Below, one piece after another: positions 10,126 through 17,716 of a stretch of 64,000 bases of DNA. The position numbers were made by a program, and so were the translations under genes. Every line of letters begins with the position of its first letter. The first letter of the stretch is position 1. Location: NCBI GenBank assembly GCA_902776615.1, contig CACYQU010000006.1:7757-71756 (forward strand), given 5' to 3'. Under the pieces are notes generated by a model. It ran no database searches. It worked only from the letters and a program-made list of their open reading frames with translations, and was not told the origin of the DNA. This DNA is from an uncultured bacterium. GTDB lineage: Bacteria; Verrucomicrobiota; Kiritimatiellia; RFP12; UBA1067.

Positions 10126-10343
10126 AAAACAACAATAATATAAACATAAACCCGAACAGAAAGGAATCGGGGTCGAGTTTGATTCGAAGAGATCCTGGCT
10201 CTGGAGAGCCGAAGATGCTAGATCAGCATATTGACGCGATGAGCGTCGATGAGCTCACAAAACCTGAGCGGAGGGGGAGCGGAGGGGGACCCCGCCGGGC
10301 CCTTGAAAAACGGGCTTTCGCGGCACCCCGGTGTAATTCATGG

Positions 10344-10373
10344 TTGCAAACGGCATGTGTTTTATGCTATCAT
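10344..10373 (+). promoter_or_regulatory. sigma70-type promoter upstream of the small ORF / NPP gene
   Basis: TTGCAA (10344-10349), 18-nt spacer, TGcTATCAT (-10 at 10368-10373). Confidence 0.45.
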
Positions 10374-10441
10374 ATTCGTAATGCCAAGCGCGGTTGTCGC
10401 GTTGAAGCAGTGTAACAACTAAACAAGAGTAAGGGATAAAA

Positions 10442-10573
10442 ATGAAAGTTTGCAAAGTTGCCATAAGGGGTGGGCGTTTTTGCGTAATTAGCGCAATGGC
10501 GTTCGCTCTTTCCATATTCACCGCTCGTGCAGGGCATGATGATTATTGTAAAGTAACACACAAACACAACTAA
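10442..10573 (+). CDS. possible 43-aa signal-peptide-bearing small ORF (below the ORF-track size cutoff)
   Basis: AAGGGA RBS 6 nt upstream. Translation is MKVCKVAIRGGRFCVISAMAFALSIFTARA-GHDDYCKVTHKHN. Its stop codon overlaps the AAAGGAG RBS of the next gene. Confidence 0.3.
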   Translation: MKVCKVAIRGGRFCVISAMAFALSIFTARAGHDDYCKVTHKHN

Positions 10574-10589
10574 AGGAGAATCGGTTGTA

Positions 10590-11564
10590 ATGAAGAAGGT
10601 TTATCTGACGGTTTCGCTGATGGCGGCGGCGGTCGCCGTCGTGACAGTCGGCTGCAAGTGCGAAAAGGTCTGCGGGGATGCTTGCGAGACGACGTGCGCC
10701 AAGGCGTGCGCCGCGAAGTGCGCACCGGTCGCGAAGCATGTCGTGCTTGTCGGCGTGGACGGATGCGGCGCGCGGTATATTCCGTGGGATGTTATGCCCA
10801 ACCTTAAGGCTCTGCGCGACGAGGGCGTTTACACGGTTGGCCGCTGCCACAGACCTACCGCTTCGGCGATCAACTGGAAGAGTGTTTTCAGCGGAGTTTC
10901 GCCCGAGATTCACGGTTTCACCAAGTGGAACAGCTCCTCGCCGTCGATCGAGCCGCCTGCGAGCGCATTCGACGCCGAGGGCCGCATCCCGTGCATATTC
11001 AGCGAAATACGCCGTCAGACCCCAGGCGCGTACACGGTAAGTCTCTTCGCCTGGGACGGAATCGGCAACTGCCACAACACGAACACGGTTAGTTTCACGC
11101 GCTGGTATGCCGGCAAGGGCGATGAATACCCCGTGCGCGACGCATCCGTCTTCGAGGAAGGGGCGCGCCAGCTCGCTAACGAGCCGACGCTCATGCTGCT
11201 CTATCAGGGCGGTGTCGACAACACGGGCCATAAATACAGCTGGGGAAGCCCCGAATACACGAACGCTCTCGTGCAGGTAGACGCGAATCTCGGCAAGTTC
11301 ATGACGGCCCTCAAGGGAACGGATATGTGGAAGGATACTGCCGTGATGTTCGTCGCCGACCATGGCGGCCTTGGCACTCACCACGGCGGAGTGGAGGATA
11401 TACGCGTTTTGGAGATTCCGTTCATTGTGAGCGGTCCGGCGGCCAAGGGGCTTCGCCTGCGCGAGCCGATGATGCTTGAGGATGTGTCGCCGACGATCGC
11501 GGCTCTCCTCGGCTACACGATTCCCGAAAGCTGGCGCGGACGCGCGGCGGCGGTCGCGCGCTGA
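10590..11564 (+). CDS. alkaline-phosphatase-superfamily nucleotide pyrophosphatase/phosphodiesterase (NPP-type) lipoprotein
   Basis: Lipobox VTVGC, then LVGVDGCGARY...MPNLKAL...T...PT.TA.NW.S..SG..P..HG, GGVDNTGHKYSWGSPEY and FVADHGG motifs typical of type I phosphodiesterase/NPP. Confidence 0.85.
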   Translation: MKKVYLTVSLMAAAVAVVTVGCKCEKVCGDACETTCAKACAAKCAPVAKHVVLVGVDGCGARYIPWDVMPNLKALRDEGVYTVGRCHRPTASAINWKSVFSGVSPEIHGFTKWNSSSPSIEPPASAFDAEGRIPCIFSEIRRQTPGAYTVSLFAWDGIGNCHNTNTVSFTRWYAGKGDEYPVRDASVFEEGARQLANEPTLMLLYQGGVDNTGHKYSWGSPEYTNALVQVDANLGKFMTALKGTDMWKDTAVMFVADHGGLGTHHGGVEDIRVLEIPFIVSGPAAKGLRLREPMMLEDVSPTIAALLGYTIPESWRGRAAAVAR

Positions 11565-11584
11565 TTGCGGAGGCGCGCTGAGCC

Positions 11585-12856
11585 ATGACGACACGGCGCG
11601 ATTTCTGCCGCGGCGCGGCCGCGCTTGGCGCGGCGTCGGTTTCCGGCGCTGCGCTATGCGATGTGCCGGAATCGCGTTGTTCGTGGAAGCCGGGGCATTT
11701 CCAGATTCACATGATCTTCACCGGGACATGCGAATCGCTCTTTCTGATTTTCCCGGATTCCACGACGCTCCTTCTTGATTGCGGAGACGCGGATCCCGTG
11801 AACTTCCAGTCGAAGAAGTTCGGCCCGGGCGCGATTGCCATTCCGCCGGAGGGCGAGCGCCGCGCGGGCGACAGCGGCGAACGGGTTGCGCGCTATGTGG
11901 AGAGCGTAAGCCCCAACGGACGCGACGTAGACTGGATGATGCTTTCGCACTTTCACGGCGACCATTCGGCAGGTTTCGCGCTTGCGGCGGAGAGACTCCG
12001 CTTTGCGCGCGCTATAGACCGCGGCTGGCCCGATTACGACAACCCTCTGCCTTGTCCGCGCGATCGCGCCTGGATGGGCGGTTCGCTGTTCCGCATGCGC
12101 GAACTTTACGCGCGGCTAAAGGAGCGCGACGGGCTTTCGGTCGAAAAGTTCCGCGTCGGCGCGAGGGATCAACTCCGCATGGTGCGCGATGGTGCCGCTC
12201 ACGAGGGGTTCCGCGTCTTCAACCTGTGCGGATGCGGAAAGATAGCCATGCCGGACGGTTCGATACACGATGTATACGGCGAAGAGCACGCGAGCCACGA
12301 TGTGTGCTTATACGACGAAAACGCAATGTCGCTCGGCTGCGTGTTCAGGTACGGCAAATTCAGCTTCTTCACGGCGGGCGATTTCACGGCGAGCGACAGG
12401 CGGAAGGGCAGATGGTGCGGCGAGAGCGAGAGCATCGAGCGTACACTTGCAAGAGCGTGCGGACCGGTGGATGTGGCCAAGGCCAACCATCACGCGGGGT
12501 GGTCGTGTCCGCAAGAGCTCGTCGCGGCGCTTCGTCCACGCTGGTGGCTTGCGCCTGTGTGGTGGAAGCTCCATTGCGACAAAGACACAATGAACCGTCT
12601 TTCGAGCCGCGAGGCATATGAAGGGCCGCGAACGATTCTGCCTGGCATGCTGCCGGGCGGCAGGCGCGAGCGCGACGCCGCCGAACCGTATCTCGCCGAC
12701 GTTCCGCCCGAGGTCGATACGCCTACGCACATCGTGGTCGACGTCCCGCCGGGAGGCGAGACTTACCATGTGGCGTGCCTGGACGCATCCGACGACCGCA
12801 TGCGCGTGAAGGCCGTGTGGCGCGCCGAGAGCGCGGAGCGTCCCCGCGAGCCGTAA
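11585..12856 (+). CDS. Tat-signal MBL-fold metallo-hydrolase
   Basis: N-terminal MTTRRDFCRGAAALGAA twin-arginine signal; MLSHFHGDHSAG (HxHxDH) motif. Confidence 0.85.
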   Translation: MTTRRDFCRGAAALGAASVSGAALCDVPESRCSWKPGHFQIHMIFTGTCESLFLIFPDSTTLLLDCGDADPVNFQSKKFGPGAIAIPPEGERRAGDSGERVARYVESVSPNGRDVDWMMLSHFHGDHSAGFALAAERLRFARAIDRGWPDYDNPLPCPRDRAWMGGSLFRMRELYARLKERDGLSVEKFRVGARDQLRMVRDGAAHEGFRVFNLCGCGKIAMPDGSIHDVYGEEHASHDVCLYDENAMSLGCVFRYGKFSFFTAGDFTASDRRKGRWCGESESIERTLARACGPVDVAKANHHAGWSCPQELVAALRPRWWLAPVWWKLHCDKDTMNRLSSREAYEGPRTILPGMLPGGRRERDAAEPYLADVPPEVDTPTHIVVDVPPGGETYHVACLDASDDRMRVKAVWRAESAERPREP

Positions 12857-12887
12857 CGCGAGGACGGAGGTTCTCCAAAAAAAGTGT

Positions 12888-12910
12888 GAACCTTTTTCGC
12901 CTAATCCGTT
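12888..12910 (+). promoter_or_regulatory. candidate ECF-type (GAAC ... CGTT) promoter of the sigma-fusion gene
   Basis: GAAC at 12888-12891 and CGTT at 12907-12910, 15 nt apart, about 35 nt upstream of the start codon. The spacing is slightly short of the usual 16-17. Confidence 0.25.
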
Positions 12911-12943
12911 ATTATCATATATGGGAACTAGGAATCTCCCATC

Positions 12944-14845
12944 TTGATGACAGTAGCGGAAGAGATCAAATCTGATCGCGAAACAGGCGCAAAAAAGCTT
13001 GAAAGCGAGTACAAAGCGGGGCTTATGGCTCTTGCCAGGTGCTTTTGTGCCGATGAATCCGACGCCGAGGAACTTGTCTACAGAACGTTTTCGAATGTCA
13101 TCGCCGGGATTGACGGCTATACGGAACAGTCGGCGTTCTTCGGGTGGATGTGCAAGATTCTCGTGAACTGCCATGCGAACGACGTCCGCCGCAAGTCCAA
13201 CGAAAACGAGGTAAGCGTGGGCGACGTCCCCGACTCGCCCGGCAGCGACGCTTCGGATGTTTTCAACTCAGTGGATGCGAACATTTTGCGCGAGGCGGTC
13301 GAGCAACTGCCTGCCCACCTGCGCGAGACGGTCGTGTTGCATTATTTCATGGATCAGCCACTCGTAAAGGTGGCCAAATTGCTGGCGCTGCCTGTCGGGA
13401 CGGTGAAGTCGCGACTCCACTATGCGCGTGTGATTCTCGGGCAGCGCCTTGGCGCAACGCTCAAGAAGCCCAAGGTTTTCGCGTCGCTATTGCTTGTCGC
13501 CGGGCTTGCGATAGGTTTGGTCGTTGGGCTTAATTTCGGCGAAAGGGCGTCTTTTAAGGCGACTGGCGACAAGGCGGCGACTGCGGCGGCAAGCGTTCGC
13601 AAAGGCGATGAATTCCTCGCGCAAGGCTCGGCCTATCTTGAGTCGAACGGCACGCAGGCCATAGTTCTCGACTACTGTGTAAACGCGAAGTCGCGCCTAG
13701 TCATCGATTTCCAGCTAATGTCCACCAATTCGTCGTGCCGCAAGGTATTCGGCGCGTTTTCGGACGGCGACAACAGCTACCGCGCGAGTCTCTGGTACAA
13801 CGGGCCGCGAAACATAGAGTTCAATATCGCAGGCAGCTGGCAGTCAACGCGCATGCGCGGCGACCTGGGTCGACATGTGGCGATGATCGACATTCCCAAT
13901 CGATGGCTCGCTTACGATGGCTGGCGTCAGCGTTTCAACGACGAAACGCCTGCATGGGGCGATGGCGCTTCGTATCCGCTGGCGCTTTTCGGCGAAAACA
14001 GAAGCGAAACGCCTACAAACATCCAAATGTGTGCGGCGGCGCGTGTATACGCGCTCGACATATACGAGAACGACGAACTCGTGCGCAAGTACCGCCCGGC
14101 GATCAAAGGCGGGCGCGTGGGGCTTTACGATTCCAAGACGGGGCGGTTTGCGGTTTCGCAGTCGCCGTTCGCGTATGGAGGCGACATACGGAAAATGCCC
14201 GACGATCCGAATTTGCAGTCCGACAGGACGCAGACGATCGCGCTGGACTACGCGATAAACGCCGATACGCGGCTTGAGGTTGACTACGCTCTCATGGACT
14301 GGACGCGCGGCGGTTCGACGCTTTTCGGAACGACCAACCCCGATCCTGACGAAGCCTTCCGCTGCATGTACTGGGTTTCGGGCGGCGGCAACATGCAGTT
14401 CAATGTCAACGGCTCGTGGATACCGAGTTTCAACGGCGCGGGCGTCGGGCGGCATGTGGCGGTTTTGGACTTCCCGAAAATGAGGGTCGAATACATGACG
14501 GGCGAAACGCCCGCGTTTGTCCGCGCGATACCGTCCGAAAGCGCGTTTACCGCTGCGCGCAAGCCTCTGCCGATAATGTTCTTCGGGGAGAATTGGGGCG
14601 ATCCGCTGTGCATCAACAACCACAACAACCGCACTGTTTCGATGAAGCTTTACGGCGTGAGGGCGTATGAGAAGGGCAGGCTTGTGCGCGACTACCGCCC
14701 GGCGCTGCGCGACGGCGTGCCGTGCCTGCACGACGAGATCACGGGCGCGTTCTGCACCGACCCGCGCGACCGGGCGCCGTTTCTGGCGTATAGCGGACAG
14801 ATCCCGCTGGACAAGATATTCGGGCTCATGATGGTTTTCAAGTAA
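12944..14845 (+). CDS. ECF (sigma-70 family) sigma factor fused via one TM helix to a duplicated extracytoplasmic beta-rich module
   Basis: Region 2 (ELVYRTFSNVIAGIDGY....FFGWMCKILVNCHANDVRRK), region 4 HTH (LPAHLRETVVLHYFMDQPLVKVAKLLALPVGTVKSRLHYAR) and a TM helix (VFASLLLVAGLAIGLVVGLNF). Two ~190-aa repeats follow, each ending (R/K).Y..(D/R).YE...LVR.YRPA...G....D..TG.F. The start may be ATG 12947. Confidence 0.85.
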   Translation: MMTVAEEIKSDRETGAKKLESEYKAGLMALARCFCADESDAEELVYRTFSNVIAGIDGYTEQSAFFGWMCKILVNCHANDVRRKSNENEVSVGDVPDSPGSDASDVFNSVDANILREAVEQLPAHLRETVVLHYFMDQPLVKVAKLLALPVGTVKSRLHYARVILGQRLGATLKKPKVFASLLLVAGLAIGLVVGLNFGERASFKATGDKAATAAASVRKGDEFLAQGSAYLESNGTQAIVLDYCVNAKSRLVIDFQLMSTNSSCRKVFGAFSDGDNSYRASLWYNGPRNIEFNIAGSWQSTRMRGDLGRHVAMIDIPNRWLAYDGWRQRFNDETPAWGDGASYPLALFGENRSETPTNIQMCAAARVYALDIYENDELVRKYRPAIKGGRVGLYDSKTGRFAVSQSPFAYGGDIRKMPDDPNLQSDRTQTIALDYAINADTRLEVDYALMDWTRGGSTLFGTTNPDPDEAFRCMYWVSGGGNMQFNVNGSWIPSFNGAGVGRHVAVLDFPKMRVEYMTGETPAFVRAIPSESAFTAARKPLPIMFFGENWGDPLCINNHNNRTVSMKLYGVRAYEKGRLVRDYRPALRDGVPCLHDEITGAFCTDPRDRAPFLAYSGQIPLDKIFGLMMVFK

Positions 14846-14872
14846 CACAAAAGAACAACAAAGGAGCAAAAC

Positions 14873-17716
14873 ATGCAACACAGGATAGGAATGAGGAGAA
14901 AGGGCGCGACATTGTTCGCGGCCGCATTCGCCACAGTCTGCTCGTTTGCAGGCGTGAAATACTGGGACAACCCGGAGTTCAAGGCCTTCGACGTGGGCGA
15001 CTACGTGCAGGACGGCCTCGTGCTCAACTACGACGGCATCCGCAACGCCGGCCCGACCGCCGACCATGACCCGAGCGCGACGACGTGGAAGAACCTCGGC
15101 TCCGGCGGCTCGGCATACGACATGACGAAGAAAGGCTCTCCCGTCTCATCCTACTGGACTGGTAACGGTTTCTATTTCGACAGCAAGACATGGTTCGTCA
15201 CGCCGAGCAAGGTGGCGCTTCCGAATGCATACGAAATTGAGACGCTCGTCGATGCGGAATACGCGAAGCAAACCGACATTGGATACATATTTTTCTCGAG
15301 CACCATATACCCACGTGCGGACGACGGAGGCTGGGCGTGGAGTTCGATTGCCATCAGAAAGAACGGCACCACATATAATCAGACGATCAACGGTAAGCAG
15401 TATTCGGCTAAATCCTGTTTTAACACTACTTCCGCCAACTCCGCGTACCGTCCATCTCTTATGGACACCTCGTACCAATACCTCACCGCACTCGCGAACA
15501 AAACCTATGTCAGTTTCTTCACGGGCGTGGAAGAAACTACCGACGTTCCCGGTCGCATCGGTCTCGCATCTGGCAAGACCGCACTTGGCTCGACATCCCT
15601 CTATTTTTACCTCGGCGGGCACAATACGAACGGCGGCGGCGAGACGTCCACCGGCGAGGGGCTCACCGGCACGATCCGCAACTTCCGCTACTACTCCGCG
15701 CCGCTTTCCCGCGAGCATCGCGTCTGGAACCGCGTGGTGGACGAGGCCCGCTACTTCCATCGTCGCGGTGCAATCCCCGTGACGAACGTCGTCGTCGCCG
15801 TCTCTGGCATCGTCGGCATCGCCGACGACCACTTCGCCATCGACGAGGATGGCTACACCTTCACCGCGCCCACCTCCCGCACCGTCGAGGGCAAGCGCTA
15901 CGCGCTCGGCGGCTACACGCTCGAAACGTGGAACGGCTCTGCATGGGTGGCGGATGGAGAAGGAACGCATACTGACAACGCGGTCGCGATCTCCGATGCG
16001 TCGGTGCTCGTCCGCATCACATGGCAGTATTCGCGCCCGGCCGGCGAGGGCCAGCTTGCGCACTACGACGTGAGCGACTACGTGACGGACGGGCTCATGC
16101 TCTTCTACGATGGCATCCGCAACCAAGGCGCAAACGCGCCACACGCCTACGACGCCACGACCTGGGTCAATCTCGGCAATGGTAGCGGCGACAGCCAGGA
16201 CTGGACGCTCGCAATCAAGCACAAGGTGACAAGCGGTGCCATAGGCTATTGGGCGGACGACGGCTACGAGTTCAAGGGCTTCAGTGATTTCCAGAAGACG
16301 GGCAACAGTTTCACCATCCCCGTCACGCACACGATCCAGACATTGATCGACGCTTCAATAGATGAACAGTATTGGACAAGCGCCCAGGCGTATGTGTATG
16401 CGACGGCGTGGGACAAGTCGTCTCTTGCGTTGAGAACCAAAGACGACAATCCCAAAGCGAATTCCTTCTACTGGGTCACGCAAAGCGACGGCTCGCGCAC
16501 CTACATGCTGAACAGCAGTGGCCGATATGATTACGCAACCGCCATTCAAGATGGCGATGCGAAAACGGCTGCGTTCTTCGCCGGCGTGACGCCCCCGGCG
16601 TCCGGCGGGCTTGCCGATGGATTCAAACAGTATGACTCGGCACTCACTTCCGCATCAGTGGCCAACATCTTCCTTGGCGGATACAATTCCGACAGCCATA
16701 TGTTTACCGGCAAGTTCAAGTTCTTCCGATATTACCCGAACAAGGCGCTATCCCCAACCGAACTTGCCAAGAACCGCAAAGTCGACGAATACCGCTACTT
16801 CGGACGCTACGTCGTCACGAACGTCCTCGTGCAATCGACCTACTCCTACCTCGAAGGCTACGACAAGAGCGGCCCCTACGAGGTGGTTGACTCCTACACC
16901 TTCACCGCGCCGGAGAGCGTGACGGCGGCGAACGGCATCACCTACGCCTGCGACGGCTACACCGTCGAGACGCAGGATGGTATCGGCTGGGCGGCGCTTA
17001 CTTCCGGCACCGGCAATTCCTACCTCTACAACACCTCCGCCGGAACCGTCCGCCTCACCTGGAAGTGGAAAGCTACTAAGGGTGTGCGCACTGCTGCGGA
17101 TTACTCGCTGGACGATCTCTCACAGGCGGGTCTTGCGCTCCACTACGACGGCCAGCTAAACCAGGGCGTCGGTGTCGCCCGCTCCACGACCTCGACGAAG
17201 TGGATCAACCTCGGCTCGCGCCCGGGCATGGACCTCAGCCGCGCCACAGCGGGAAGCGACACCTCAAAGCATGGCCACTGGGGCGACAACGGCTATGTAT
17301 TCACCGGGCTTGCGCAGTTCAACAGCGCCGCCGGGCTTCAGTGGGCGACAACCTTCTCCGCACAGGCGCTCGTAGATGCGAAGCACTCCGACAACACGCA
17401 CAAGGACGGCAACTACATCGCCGCAACTACATGGAAGATGTTCGGCATGCAGATCTACGGCGCGAATAGTGTCGGGCGCTTCAATGTGCAGGGCACGTCC
17501 GATATCGACAAGTGCCCGCATTTTGAGACCGCAACCGGCATTGACTACATGACCGCCATCCACGACGCCGAGACGAAAACCGCGCTTGCCTTCCAAGGCA
17601 CGAAAGCTCCGACAGGCGGCAGCGCGGCGGACGGCTATATGCACTTCAACACCTTCAACGGCATTGAGAACAACCAGTTCCGTCTCGGCGGCTGGGGCGG
17701 CGGGACCGCGTGCTGA
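14873..17716 (+). CDS. secreted triple LamG-like (concanavalin-A-type lectin) repeat protein, N-terminal 947 codons (interrupted by a frameshift)
   Basis: AAGGAG RBS and a signal-like N-terminus. Three copies of (Y/L)...GL.L.YDG..N.G......T.W.NLG...D......W...G(Y/F).F.G are each followed by an ...RYF linker and a ~85-aa beta module (VTNV.V...Y.F.AP....G..Y...GYT.E......W......). Confidence 0.85.
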   Translation: MQHRIGMRRKGATLFAAAFATVCSFAGVKYWDNPEFKAFDVGDYVQDGLVLNYDGIRNAGPTADHDPSATTWKNLGSGGSAYDMTKKGSPVSSYWTGNGFYFDSKTWFVTPSKVALPNAYEIETLVDAEYAKQTDIGYIFFSSTIYPRADDGGWAWSSIAIRKNGTTYNQTINGKQYSAKSCFNTTSANSAYRPSLMDTSYQYLTALANKTYVSFFTGVEETTDVPGRIGLASGKTALGSTSLYFYLGGHNTNGGGETSTGEGLTGTIRNFRYYSAPLSREHRVWNRVVDEARYFHRRGAIPVTNVVVAVSGIVGIADDHFAIDEDGYTFTAPTSRTVEGKRYALGGYTLETWNGSAWVADGEGTHTDNAVAISDASVLVRITWQYSRPAGEGQLAHYDVSDYVTDGLMLFYDGIRNQGANAPHAYDATTWVNLGNGSGDSQDWTLAIKHKVTSGAIGYWADDGYEFKGFSDFQKTGNSFTIPVTHTIQTLIDASIDEQYWTSAQAYVYATAWDKSSLALRTKDDNPKANSFYWVTQSDGSRTYMLNSSGRYDYATAIQDGDAKTAAFFAGVTPPASGGLADGFKQYDSALTSASVANIFLGGYNSDSHMFTGKFKFFRYYPNKALSPTELAKNRKVDEYRYFGRYVVTNVLVQSTYSYLEGYDKSGPYEVVDSYTFTAPESVTAANGITYACDGYTVETQDGIGWAALTSGTGNSYLYNTSAGTVRLTWKWKATKGVRTAADYSLDDLSQAGLALHYDGQLNQGVGVARSTTSTKWINLGSRPGMDLSRATAGSDTSKHGHWGDNGYVFTGLAQFNSAAGLQWATTFSAQALVDAKHSDNTHKDGNYIAATTWKMFGMQIYGANSVGRFNVQGTSDIDKCPHFETATGIDYMTAIHDAETKTALAFQGTKAPTGGSAADGYMHFNTFNGIENNQFRLGGWGGGTAC

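Noticed and set aside
9032-10147. Track ORFs across the arrays (9032-9331 minus, 9790-10119 minus, 9794-10138 plus, 9869-10147 minus, 9984-10415 plus)
   Set aside because: They are open in several frames and on both strands at once. Their repeats follow the DNA period (22 or 23 codons per three units). Composition is Arg/Pro/Cys/His-rich and no RBS is present, so they are artefacts of the repeats.
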